Shown here: piece after piece, positions 43,675 to 51,484 of the stretch
How positions within the stretch are numbered: the first letter of the stretch is position 1
How the letters are laid out: each line of letters opens with the position of its first letter
Origin: Nitrosopumilus sp.
GTDB lineage: Archaea; Thermoproteota; Nitrososphaeria; Nitrososphaerales; Nitrosopumilaceae
NCBI GenBank assembly: GCA_035458995.1
Contig: DATHYS010000048.1
Coordinates: 1 to 62,136 of the forward strand
Length of the DNA stretch: 62,136 nt
Reading direction: 5' to 3'
Notes under the pieces: generated by a model
Seen by the model: only the letters and a program-made list of their open reading frames with translations
Told to the model about the DNA's origin: nothing
The model's database searches: none
Translations under genes and position numbers: made by a program

Positions 43675-43970
43675 AATCGATAAATTTTATTTTCTAATTC
43701 TACAATTTTGCCATTTTGAATTTTAATTCCCTCATCATTTAGCATCTTAGTTTTGACATGTTCCCCATAGGCATATCCTCCAATTTTCCCAGTAGACATT
43801 ACAACTCTATGACAGGGAATAATCACAGGGTACGGGTTTTTGTTCATTATTTTCCCAACAGCTCTTTGACCGTTTTTTAGTCCAACAGCTTTTGCTAGTT
43901 CTCCATAAGTTGTGATTTGTCCTTTGGGTACTTCAAGTAATTTTTTGTAAATCTTTTGTTGGAGATTCAA
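43671..43970 (-). CDS. ogt: Methylated-DNA-protein-cysteine methyltransferase (C-terminal domain only)
   Basis: TYGELA, RAVG, IIPCHRVV. Confidence 0.88.
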   Translation of the reverse strand: MNLQQKIYKKLLEVPKGQITTYGELAKAVGLKNGQRAVGKIMNKNPYPVIIPCHRVVMSTGKIGGYAYGEHVKTKMLNDEGIKIQNGKIVELENKIYRF

Positions 43971-44743
43971 AGTTTGATGACCTCAAGGTCAGTTGTATCT
44001 AAAAGCTCAAGTACTTTTTGTTTTGCAGAACCCAAGCCTTTCCAATCCAAGAGGGCAGCCTTTGCCATTTTATTTTGTGAAACAATATGAGAGAACAATT
44101 CCTCATCGAGGTTTTCTAGTGCATGTTTTGGAATTACAGTTCCAAGTGCAAACTTGCCATTAAGCAACTCATCAGTGAACTTTGTTGGATAGTGGGTTCC
44201 ACCAAAGCAAATTGCAACTGGATTCTCTGGAATTGGTTGGGACATTACTTTGTGAACTAGTTCAGCTACGGAATTGCACAGGGATTCATCATTCCACTGT
44301 TTTTCTGTAGTTCCAATTTCTACAAAGATTGATGGTTTGCTTAATGCAGTAGGTCCGTGATGGGTTGCCTCTATAGTAATTTCAAATTCAGAGAATTGTG
44401 ACTGATTCTTCTGTAAAGTTTGAAGATATGCTTTTTGAAAGTCTGGTTTTGGAATTGCAACTTGTCTGTTATTTCCACCAAATTTTGCATCAGAAAAGTT
44501 TCCAGTGCTGTGGCAAGTCAAAGCTAGAACTCCGGATTCTGCAGCATGTTTTGAGAGAAAAATAAATCCATCATAATCATATTTTTCCTCTAGCCAATCA
44601 GCAGAAATTGCAGGTGTTGGAATAATTAGAAGATCATAATATTTTCCACGAAAAATATCATCTTTCAAAGTCATTTCTTTTGAAAGAAATTTTGCCATAT
44701 TGTGACCTGCCGGGTCATCTTGATACGCAACTAGTAGTTCCAC
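43967..44743 (-). CDS. dtdA: D-aminoacyl-tRNA deacylase (archaeal)
   Basis: LSKH, HSTGN, EATHHGP, EIGT, GGTHY. Confidence 0.93.
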   Translation of the reverse strand: MELLVAYQDDPAGHNMAKFLSKEMTLKDDIFRGKYYDLLIIPTPAISADWLEEKYDYDGFIFLSKHAAESGVLALTCHSTGNFSDAKFGGNNRQVAIPKPDFQKAYLQTLQKNQSQFSEFEITIEATHHGPTALSKPSIFVEIGTTEKQWNDESLCNSVAELVHKVMSQPIPENPVAICFGGTHYPTKFTDELLNGKFALGTVIPKHALENLDEELFSHIVSQNKMAKAALLDWKGLGSAKQKVLELLDTTDLEVIKL

Positions 44744-44782
44744 GAGATAAGAGATATAAGGACACCTTATTAATTTCCACCA

Positions 44783-44956
44783 ATGAACCCTAAGCAGACT
44801 GTCAAGAACATGGCAAATACTTTGAAAATGGCAAAAAAGCCAGACAGGGACGAGTATTCACAACACCTCAGACTAGTTTTACTAGGAATTGGAGGAGTCG
44901 GAGCCATTGGTTTTACAATTCAGTTTGTATTTTCGGTGATTACATTTGGTAGATAA
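44783..44956 (+). CDS. secE: Protein translocase subunit SecE/Sec61-gamma
   Basis: Hand translation MNPKQTVKNMANTLKMAKKPDRDEYSQHLRLVLLGIGGVGAIGFTIQFVFSVITFGR; upstream of spt5; below ORF-track cutoff. Confidence 0.92.
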   Translation: MNPKQTVKNMANTLKMAKKPDRDEYSQHLRLVLLGIGGVGAIGFTIQFVFSVITFGR

Positions 44957-44957
44957 C

Positions 44958-45416
44958 ATGTCTGAAGAAATTAAATCACATTTGTTTGCAATTAGAACCA
45001 CAGGAGGACAAGAAAAAGTGGTAATGAGATTATTAGAAGCTAAAGCCAATGCAAATCAGATCAACATTCAATCAGTATTTTGGGTAAGTGATTTGAAAGG
45101 ATACGTCGTCGTTGAGGCAATCAATCCTAGCGATGCATACTTGGCAGTAGAAGGTGTAAGACACATCAGAGGTCAACTAAGAGGAGAATTAGAATTCAAA
45201 GATATCGAAGGATATCTGGTCAAGAAATCAACAGTTTCAACTTTAGCAGTAGATAATGTAGTAGAAATTACAGGAGGTCCATTCAAGGGAATGAAGGCAA
45301 CAATTACAAGAATTGATGCTGACAAGGAAGAGGCAACTGTAGTTTTGTTAGATGCATCATACCAATTACCAGTCACAGTAGACGCAAACTACCTAAAGTT
45401 GTCTAGTGAGGCTTAG
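44958..45416 (+). CDS. spt5: Transcription elongation factor Spt5
   Basis: TTGGQE, KGYVVVE, KOW VEITGGPFKG. Confidence 0.95.
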   Translation: MSEEIKSHLFAIRTTGGQEKVVMRLLEAKANANQINIQSVFWVSDLKGYVVVEAINPSDAYLAVEGVRHIRGQLRGELEFKDIEGYLVKKSTVSTLAVDNVVEITGGPFKGMKATITRIDADKEEATVVLLDASYQLPVTVDANYLKLSSEA

Positions 45417-45451
45417 GAAGGATTAAATTTTCATTTAGAGTCTGATTTAAC

Positions 45452-45931
45452 ATGGGAGAACAAAAAGTATCATCACTTGTAACCGGCGGAGGAGCATCAG
45501 CAGGTCCACCTTTGGGTCCAGCACTAGGTCCACTCGGAGTAAACATCATGGAAGTCATTAATTCAATTAATGAAAAGACAAAAGACTTTGAGGGAATGAA
45601 AGTTCCAGTTACCGTAATAGTTGATACTGATACTAAAAAATATGATATTGAAATTGGAATCCCATCAGCTGCTGCACTAATCATGAAAGAAGCAGGAATC
45701 CAGAAAGGTTCTGGCGCATCTGGAACTGAATGGGCAGGAGATGTTACAATGGATGCAATCATCAAAGTTGCAAACACAAAACTAGAGAAATCTTATGCTA
45801 GTTCATTAAAATCAGTTGCAAAGACAGTCATTGGAACATGTCTAGCATTAGGAGTCAAGGTAGAAGGAAAAACTCCTAAAGAAATCACTGCCGAAGTTAA
45901 CGAAGGCAAGTGGGACGAAAAATTCCAATAA
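45452..45931 (+). CDS. rpl11: 50S ribosomal protein L11
   Basis: GPPLGPALGPLG, GTCLALGV. Confidence 0.97.
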   Translation: MGEQKVSSLVTGGGASAGPPLGPALGPLGVNIMEVINSINEKTKDFEGMKVPVTVIVDTDTKKYDIEIGIPSAAALIMKEAGIQKGSGASGTEWAGDVTMDAIIKVANTKLEKSYASSLKSVAKTVIGTCLALGVKVEGKTPKEITAEVNEGKWDEKFQ

Positions 45932-46003
45932 AACCTAAAGCCAATTCTTTGAAAATTTAGGCAATCTAAAAATAAGTTAATGCCGTAAATTAGAACTGAT
46001 ACC

Positions 46004-46375
46004 ATGATTGCTCGAACTATGACATGCATTAATTGCAAAAAGGAAGTTCTTGAGAGATTCACAAATGACGATTATTCAGAATATCTTGCAAACAAAAAGA
46101 GGGCTGAAAAACAAGGTATTGAGCTGGGCTGGTTTTGCAAAGATTGTGCAGATAAGATGTGTGTAATGTGCAGAAATGCCAAAGTTACAAAATACATCCC
46201 AGCTAAAGAACAAGGCGAAATCAAAAAGAAGATACCAACTTGCCAAACTTGCTTTGATAAATTCAAAAACCAACTAGGGTTCTCAGACGAGATTGATCCT
46301 GAAATTTTAGAGCCACTAACCAGTGTTACTCATACTGAATGGCAGGAATTTGTAGAACGGGCAGCAAAAAAATAA
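46004..46375 (+). CDS. Hypothetical protein with four CxxC motifs
   Basis: CINC, CKDC, CVMC, CQTC. Confidence 0.7.
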   Translation: MIARTMTCINCKKEVLERFTNDDYSEYLANKKRAEKQGIELGWFCKDCADKMCVMCRNAKVTKYIPAKEQGEIKKKIPTCQTCFDKFKNQLGFSDEIDPEILEPLTSVTHTEWQEFVERAAKK

Positions 46376-46524
46376 ACTAAATCTTTGAAATCTAAATTAT
46401 TGAAAATCCGTGTCAAAGGAGAGAATGACGTCTCGACGCTCTTTTCTCTCACTTACACTACTCTACTATAACGAAATTTGTATTTAACCTCATCACATTT
46501 TGCAATAACCAATAGGCATAGTGG

Positions 46525-46562
46525 TCTTAAGCTCTTTTGAGAATATACAATACGCTTAAGTT
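46525..46562 (+). repeat. Cassette repeat copy A (variant left end)
   Basis: TCTTAAG-CTCTTTTGAGAATATACAATACGCTTAAGTT; last 31 bp identical to copy B. Confidence 0.9.
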
Positions 46563-46593
46563 TTAGAAAATTATTGAGAAAATCCGTCGTCCC

Positions 46594-46797
46594 TTGAAAG
46601 AAAAATTCCTAACAAAAAGAACTATGCTATTGCTGCTAACAGGCATAGGGTTGGTTTTGTTTTGGCGGGGGATTTGGGAAGTGTCTGCAAAGTATTTTTC
46701 AGAATATGTCAGTCTGCTTATTGGTTTGATAATTTTAGTCAGTGTTGCAATTTATGAGCGAAGGCAAATTTTCCAATTTTTTGGCGGAGGAAAGTAG
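46594..46797 (+). CDS. Small two-TM membrane protein
   Basis: LVLFWRGIWE, two hydrophobic helices; stop codon forms the first bases of repeat B. Confidence 0.7.
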   Translation: MKEKFLTKRTMLLLLTGIGLVLFWRGIWEVSAKYFSEYVSLLIGLIILVSVAIYERRQIFQFFGGGK

Positions 46798-46836
46798 ATT
46801 CTAAACTCTTTTGAGAATATACAATACGCTTAAGTT
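46795..46836 (+). repeat. Cassette repeat copy B (full 42 bp)
   Basis: TAGATTCTAAACTCTTTTGAGAATATACAATACGCTTAAGTT. Confidence 0.95.
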
Positions 46837-46856
46837 GACACAGAATTTAGAAAGGC

Positions 46857-47015
46857 ATGCTTCCTAAAGGAGACATTCCCGGAGTATGCCAAGATTGTGG
46901 GAAAGAAGTCACATATGCTAAAAAATCCATGCAAACTCATTCAGATTTGCTGAAAAAACACAGATGTCCAAAGTGTGGGAATTTTGCACTAAAGACATTG
47001 AGTAAGGATTTGTGA
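46857..47015 (+). CDS. 52-aa zinc-ribbon microprotein
   Basis: MLPKGDIPGVCQDCGKEVTYAKKSMQTHSDLLKKHRCPKCGNFALKTLSKDL; stop followed by half-site GATTCTAAA. Confidence 0.65.
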   Translation: MLPKGDIPGVCQDCGKEVTYAKKSMQTHSDLLKKHRCPKCGNFALKTLSKDL

Positions 47016-47024
47016 GATTCTAAA

Positions 47025-47480
47025 TTATTGAATCAAATAGACAGGATCTTTGTCAGTCTTTTGTAACTCTACAAAGGTCTCAGTATTTTGAATACCTTCA
47101 ATTTTTCCAATCTTTTCAATTACAATAGAATGTAATGCTTCAAGATTCTTGGCATACACTTGAATCATGATATCAAATCTTCCAGTGACCTCAGAAATTG
47201 ACACAATCTCTGCAGTTTCTATGAATTTCTTTTGAATGCTATCTTTGAACTTTGGATCTCGATTTATTCCAACATTTGCTTTGACACCAATTCCCAAGAG
47301 AGAATCATCGATTTCTATAGTGAATTTCTTGATGAGTTTCTTCTTCATTAGTCTCTTTATTCGGGAATACAGCACTGATGCGTTGATCCCAAGTTTTTTT
47401 GAAAGGGTAGGAACAGAAATCGAACCATCGTTGGTCAATTCGTATAGTAATTTCATATCTAATTCATCAAAACGATGCAA
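47025..47480 (-). CDS. Lrp/AsnC family transcriptional regulator
   Basis: DELDMKLL HTH, EVTGRFDI RAM domain. Confidence 0.92.
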   Translation of the reverse strand: MHRFDELDMKLLYELTNDGSISVPTLSKKLGINASVLYSRIKRLMKKKLIKKFTIEIDDSLLGIGVKANVGINRDPKFKDSIQKKFIETAEIVSISEVTGRFDIMIQVYAKNLEALHSIVIEKIGKIEGIQNTETFVELQKTDKDPVYLIQ

Positions 47481-47648
47481 CGTACTCGAAAAAACCTCTT
47501 ATGATTTAATATATGTAGTTTTTTGACATCATTTTTGGCTTATTTGTAACAATTTTACCAAAAACATGTAATTTTTTAAAATAAATGATTGGCAAAAAAT
47601 ACAAATCTCTAAACGATTTTAAGTAGGTTTTCTCGAAATTGTTTCGTA

Positions 47649-48311
47649 ATGATTACAGAGTCTCAGCTAGTAGATTTGGTAAAAGAAGCCAAAATTGGTC
47701 CAAAAGAGAGAAAATTCAAGCAATCAGTAGAGCTTATCATTACTTTCAAAGATATTGATGTAAAGAAAGGATTTGCAATTAACGAAGTAGTTCAATTACC
47801 AAAGACTAGTTCTCCTGCAACTGTCTGCATTATTGCAACAGGAGACATGAACCAAAAAGCAAAAGCTGCAAAAGCAGATTCTGTTATTGGAACAGAAGAA
47901 CTAGAAAAATTTGGAACTAACAAAAGAGAATCTAGAAAATTCATTAACAAATATGATTTCTTCTTGGCAGATACCAAAGTAATGCCAACTGTCGGTAAAA
48001 CTTTGGGTCAACTATTAGGTCCAAGAGGAAAAATGCCAACACCAGTTCCTTTTGATGCATCCATTGAAGCATTCTTGCAAAGATTTAGATCATGCATCAA
48101 AGTAAGAACCAGAGCATCACTTTCAATTTCATCTAAAATTGGAGATATAACAATGGAGGATGCAGATTTGGCAATTAATGCACATGCAGTGTTAAGTGCA
48201 ATTGAAAAGAAATTACCAAACGGTGAGAAGAACATCAAAAAGATTTTGATTAAAACTACAATGGGCAAGCCAGTAAAACAAGCACAAGAGGTTAAGAAGA
48301 AGTATGCATGA
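47649..48311 (+). CDS. rpl1: 50S ribosomal protein L1
   Basis: RKFKQSVEL, LGPRGKMP, KTTMG. Confidence 0.96.
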   Translation: MITESQLVDLVKEAKIGPKERKFKQSVELIITFKDIDVKKGFAINEVVQLPKTSSPATVCIIATGDMNQKAKAAKADSVIGTEELEKFGTNKRESRKFINKYDFFLADTKVMPTVGKTLGQLLGPRGKMPTPVPFDASIEAFLQRFRSCIKVRTRASLSISSKIGDITMEDADLAINAHAVLSAIEKKLPNGEKNIKKILIKTTMGKPVKQAQEVKKKYA

Positions 48312-49170
48312 AAATAGAACATCTTATCCTAAAAGAAAAACCCAGATGTATCAACAACTAACTGAGTTACCAAAAAAATACAAAGTTGTATCAATCATTC
48401 AAATGAGAAAGGTTCGTTCAACTCAGATTTTACCATTAAGAAAAACACTCAAGGGTGAAGTAGAATTCGTCTGTGTCAAAGATAAGGTTGCAGCAAAAGC
48501 ACTAGAGACACTAGATGTTCCAGGAATCAAAGATCTGATTGATGATTTGAAAGGCCAAATCATGTTCATCTTTACAAACATGTCACCATTCAAGCTAAAC
48601 GTTCTTCTTGCCAAAAACAAAATCATGATGGCAGCAAGAGGTGGCGACATTGCAAGTATCGACATTGTAGTCCCTGCCAAAAATACAGGTATTGCACCAG
48701 GACCAATGCTTACTGAATTCAAAGAGGCAGGAATCCCAACAAAGATTGATCAAGGAACAATCTGGATTGCAAAGGACAGTACACCAGTGAAGAAAGGTGA
48801 GGCAATCAATGAAAAATTAGCATCAATTCTAGGTAAATTAGATATCAAACCAGTAGAGGCAGGAATTTCACTTTACTCAGCATTAGAAGAGGGCCTAAAG
48901 TATGCAGAAGCAGAAATGGTCATCGATGTCGAGAAGATAAGAGATACCTTTGCACAATTCCACCAAGAAGCAGTATCACTATCTATTGAAGCAGGATACA
49001 TCACTGCAGACAACGTCTCACAAATCCTCAGCAAAGCAGCAGGACATGCACGCTCTTTGTCAATAGAATCAGCATTTATGACAGACGAGACAAAAGAGCA
49101 AATCTTGCAAAAAGCAGATGCACAAGCAAAAGCCGTTGCAGGTCAAGCAAAAGATTACACACCAGCATAA
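48304..49170 (+). CDS. rpl10: 50S ribosomal protein L10 (P0)
   Basis: ARGGDIA, TGIAPGP, GIPTKIDQGTI. Confidence 0.96.
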   Translation: MHENRTSYPKRKTQMYQQLTELPKKYKVVSIIQMRKVRSTQILPLRKTLKGEVEFVCVKDKVAAKALETLDVPGIKDLIDDLKGQIMFIFTNMSPFKLNVLLAKNKIMMAARGGDIASIDIVVPAKNTGIAPGPMLTEFKEAGIPTKIDQGTIWIAKDSTPVKKGEAINEKLASILGKLDIKPVEAGISLYSALEEGLKYAEAEMVIDVEKIRDTFAQFHQEAVSLSIEAGYITADNVSQILSKAAGHARSLSIESAFMTDETKEQILQKADAQAKAVAGQAKDYTPA

Positions 49171-49176
49171 ACCCAA

Positions 49177-49192
49177 TTTAGATTCTAAACTC
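49177..49192 (+). repeat. Cassette repeat left half-site D (perfect palindrome TTTAGA-T-TCTAAA)
   Basis: TTTAGATTCTAAACTC between convergent stops of rpl10 and a micro-ORF. Confidence 0.8.
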
Positions 49193-49328
49193 AATACATT
49201 GTTTTCATTCTTTTTCTTTTTCGGGAATCCTTTTCATTACGTGATGACTCTAGTGCATAATCATAGCTAGGATACAAATCCTCAAACCTTTGTTCTATAT
49301 TTTCTTCAGGATTGTTTTCATCTACCAT
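49191..49328 (-). CDS. Putative 45-aa microprotein
   Basis: MVDENNPEENIEQRFEDLYPSYDYALESSRNEKDSRKRKRMKTMY. Confidence 0.5.
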   Translation of the reverse strand: MVDENNPEENIEQRFEDLYPSYDYALESSRNEKDSRKRKRMKTMY

Positions 49329-49337
49329 AAAATTCAC

Positions 49338-49421
49338 TTATTTTTTTGGCTTTATCGATTGGGGGTTATTTGCAATGTAATGAAACAGACACAAATTATT
49401 TGTAGAGCACTCGCACTTCAT
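49338..49421 (-). CDS. Putative 27-aa Cys/His microprotein
   Basis: MKCECSTNNLCLFHYIANNPQSIKPKK; ATGA-coupled to the upstream ORF. Confidence 0.5.
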   Translation of the reverse strand: MKCECSTNNLCLFHYIANNPQSIKPKK

Positions 49422-49513
49422 ATTTTTTCATCCAATCCAAGATCATATTGAGAATCTGCATCTTGATCCTCAAAATAATAGTCTTCATCTAAACTATCTT
49501 CAGGGTAGCTCAT
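49418..49513 (-). CDS. Putative 31-aa acidic microprotein
   Basis: MSYPEDSLDEDYYFEDQDADSQYDLGLDEKI. Confidence 0.5.
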   Translation of the reverse strand: MSYPEDSLDEDYYFEDQDADSQYDLGLDEKI

Positions 49514-49689
49514 AGCAAAAATGGGTTGTTAAACTAGAATATAAACAAGATGAATCATTTCTCCAACAAATCACAAAGTCTCTTTTTAGAAATTGGTAAA
49601 TGATTAAATCAAATTAATTCTCACATCGACCTTTAGGATCAGATGCAGTTACACATTGAGATCTAAAAAGTCAGAAAAAATATGGATTT

Positions 49690-49812
49690 CTAGTCCAAAG
49701 GCAATCTTCTATACTTTTCAGATAAACGTTCAGTATTTGATTGGATGAGTTTTTTTCTAAGACTTGAAAATATGTTTTGAAAAATTTCTAGCTTCTGTTC
49801 TTTTGTTATCAT
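49690..49812 (-). CDS. Putative 40-aa microprotein
   Basis: MITKEQKLEIFQNIFSSLRKKLIQSNTERLSEKYRRLPLD. Confidence 0.4.
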   Translation of the reverse strand: MITKEQKLEIFQNIFSSLRKKLIQSNTERLSEKYRRLPLD

Positions 49813-49854
49813 ATTGTAATAAGCAGTTCATCATACATAAAGAGACCACGCCTG

Positions 49855-49875
49855 AAACTCCAATACGCTTAAGTT
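49855..49875 (+). repeat. Cassette repeat copy E (internally deleted)
   Basis: AAACTC-CAATACGCTTAAGTT. Confidence 0.85.
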
Positions 49876-49953
49876 GTAAACTTAAGATATTATGATTAGC
49901 ACTAGGTACTGCTGGAGACTTTTTTTAAATACTAATTTTTGGAAAAAATTACA

Positions 49954-50067
49954 ATGGTTGAAAGAATTGATTTACTTGAAACTTCTGACTTGTTTTATGA
50001 ATTTGATCAACTGACACTAAAAATACAAGAAATCCAGAATTTGGCTGCCGAGTTTATTGAAGATTAG
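49954..50067 (+). CDS. Putative 37-aa microprotein (or 42 aa from TTG 49939)
   Basis: MVERIDLLETSDLFYEFDQLTLKIQEIQNLAAEFIED; stop TAG is the first codon of repeat F. Confidence 0.5.
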   Translation: MVERIDLLETSDLFYEFDQLTLKIQEIQNLAAEFIED

Positions 50068-50106
50068 ATTCTAAACTCTTTTGCGAGCAGACAATACGCT
50101 TAAGTT
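50065..50106 (+). repeat. Cassette repeat copy F (full 42 bp)
   Basis: TAGATTCTAAACTCTTTTGCGAGCAGACAATACGCTTAAGTT. Confidence 0.95.
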
Positions 50107-50127
50107 CAAATAAAAAGTTAGAAGATT

Positions 50128-50331
50128 ATGACTAAATCAATTAGTTGCAAAGATGCAGGCAAAGATTGCAGTTGGTCAGCATCATCAACGACAAATAATG
50201 AAGAAGAATTGATGTCAATGGTTAAAGAACACGTTTTAGCAGAACATAAAGAAATTGAATTGAATCCTAAAAATATTGAAAGTATCAAATCACTGATCAA
50301 AACAACTGGAAGGTTTTGGTGGTGGGGATAA
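50128..50331 (+). CDS. DUF1059-like small metal-binding protein
   Basis: ISCKDAGKDCSW...EEELM...EHVLAEH. Confidence 0.8.
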   Translation: MTKSISCKDAGKDCSWSASSTTNNEEELMSMVKEHVLAEHKEIELNPKNIESIKSLIKTTGRFWWWG

Positions 50332-50343
50332 GATTCTAAACTC
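50329..50343 (+). repeat. Cassette repeat left half-site G
   Basis: TAAGATTCTAAACTC starting at the stop codon. Confidence 0.8.
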
Positions 50344-50497
50344 CATCTAAATTACATGAAAAGACCGTAATCAAACCGATAGTAGCAACCTGTTATCAAA
50401 ATACCAAAAATTATGTTGGATTATAACAATTCACAGGATAGTGAATCAGGGAATGAATGATTGCGCAGGTATATACCATTGAAGAACAATATCGGGT

Positions 50498-50680
50498 ATG
50501 AGTGAAAAAATAATTCAAAAACAAAGCAACCAATGTTGTGAGATAAAGGGAGATGAGAAATTGATTACAACTAATGATCTAAGATCTTGTGAGAGATGCG
50601 GGAATGTATTTCTTAAAAAAATTGCAGACAAATTAACAAACAGATGCCCTGCATGTAATGTGTGGGAGAAGCAAGTATAA
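50498..50680 (+). CDS. 60-aa zinc-ribbon protein
   Basis: CERCG...CPAC; TAATG coupled to next ORF. Confidence 0.6.
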   Translation: MSEKIIQKQSNQCCEIKGDEKLITTNDLRSCERCGNVFLKKIADKLTNRCPACNVWEKQV

Positions 50681-50802
50681 TGAATGATTATTCATGTACC
50701 TGTAACTGCGGATGTCATAATCCTACTGGAGAATACGTCTGCAATGATTGCATGATGAACATTTGTATGATTAAACTCAAGACGACCGTGGTGGCTGCAT
50801 AA
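50680..50802 (+). CDS. Putative 40-aa metallothionein-like microprotein
   Basis: MNDYSCTCNCGCHNPTGEYVCNDCMMNICMIKLKTTVVAA. Confidence 0.55.
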   Translation: MNDYSCTCNCGCHNPTGEYVCNDCMMNICMIKLKTTVVAA

Positions 50803-50888
50803 TGAAACTGCGACTTCTATAGATCCTAATAATCTCAAAACTGAAAATAATGAATCTCTTAATATGTCAAAAACTCGTTTTGTAATTC

Positions 50889-51014
50889 ATGTCTGAAAAC
50901 AAAGAAAAAGAATCAAAGAAGGCAGAACAAGAGGAAATGAAAGAAGAAGAACATCAGCTCGAATTAAAAGAAGGGTATGAACAAGACGAGGAATTTGAAG
51001 AATCTAAGGACTAG
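50889..51014 (+). CDS. Putative 41-aa Glu/Lys-rich microprotein
   Basis: MSENKEKESKKAEQEEMKEEEHQLELKEGYEQDEEFEESKD; stop reads TAGATTC. Confidence 0.5.
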   Translation: MSENKEKESKKAEQEEMKEEEHQLELKEGYEQDEEFEESKD

Positions 51015-51057
51015 ATTCAATAATCGATTTTTATTCTAGAATTATTGTAAGAAAAGT

Positions 51058-51159
51058 TTACTCAACTTCGTTTTTGTCAGATTCTTGTTTAAACTCTTTG
51101 CGTCTTTTTTGTTTGGCGCCACCGCCAATATTATGTCCACTTGGTAATTTCTTAGTCAT
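51058..51159 (-). CDS. Putative 33-aa basic microprotein
   Basis: MTKKLPSGHNIGGGAKQKRRKEFKQESDKNEVE. Confidence 0.45.
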   Translation of the reverse strand: MTKKLPSGHNIGGGAKQKRRKEFKQESDKNEVE

Positions 51160-51238
51160 GTCTATTACTTCCCTATCGCTCATGTATACCTTTGTAGTTT
51201 CTTTTTCTTGATACTTGGATTCTTTGGATACTCAAGGT

Positions 51239-51280
51239 TAGATTCTAAACTCTTTTGAGAGCAGACAATACGCTTATGTT
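51239..51280 (+). repeat. Cassette repeat copy H (full 42 bp)
   Basis: TAGATTCTAAACTCTTTTGAGAGCAGACAATACGCTTATGTT. Confidence 0.95.
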
Positions 51281-51376
51281 CATAACTACTTAAAGTAACA
51301 AAAATTGTTTATCCTGTGTGTATTTTTTTTACATATTACAATTCATATTCAATTTTTTGCAAAGATTACTAATTAA

Positions 51377-51457
51377 ATGCCAAACAAAGTTATCCTGAGA
51401 CATTTAGGAATTATCCCAGAAGATGATCCTGATTGTATTGATGAGTATGATTGCTAG
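51377..51457 (+). CDS. Putative 26-aa microprotein
   Basis: MPNKVILRHLGIIPEDDPDCIDEYDC; stop immediately before half-site I. Confidence 0.45.
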   Translation: MPNKVILRHLGIIPEDDPDCIDEYDC

Positions 51458-51458
51458 T

Positions 51459-51474
51459 TAGATTCTAAACTCTT
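51459..51474 (+). repeat. Cassette repeat left half-site I
   Basis: TAGATTCTAAACTCTT. Confidence 0.85.
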
Positions 51475-51484
51475 GGATGCTGTA

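Noticed and set aside
46525-51474. Repeats as a CRISPR array
   Set aside because: Spacing is irregular (hundreds to thousands of bp), the intervening DNA holds ORFs and core genes, and there are no cas genes.
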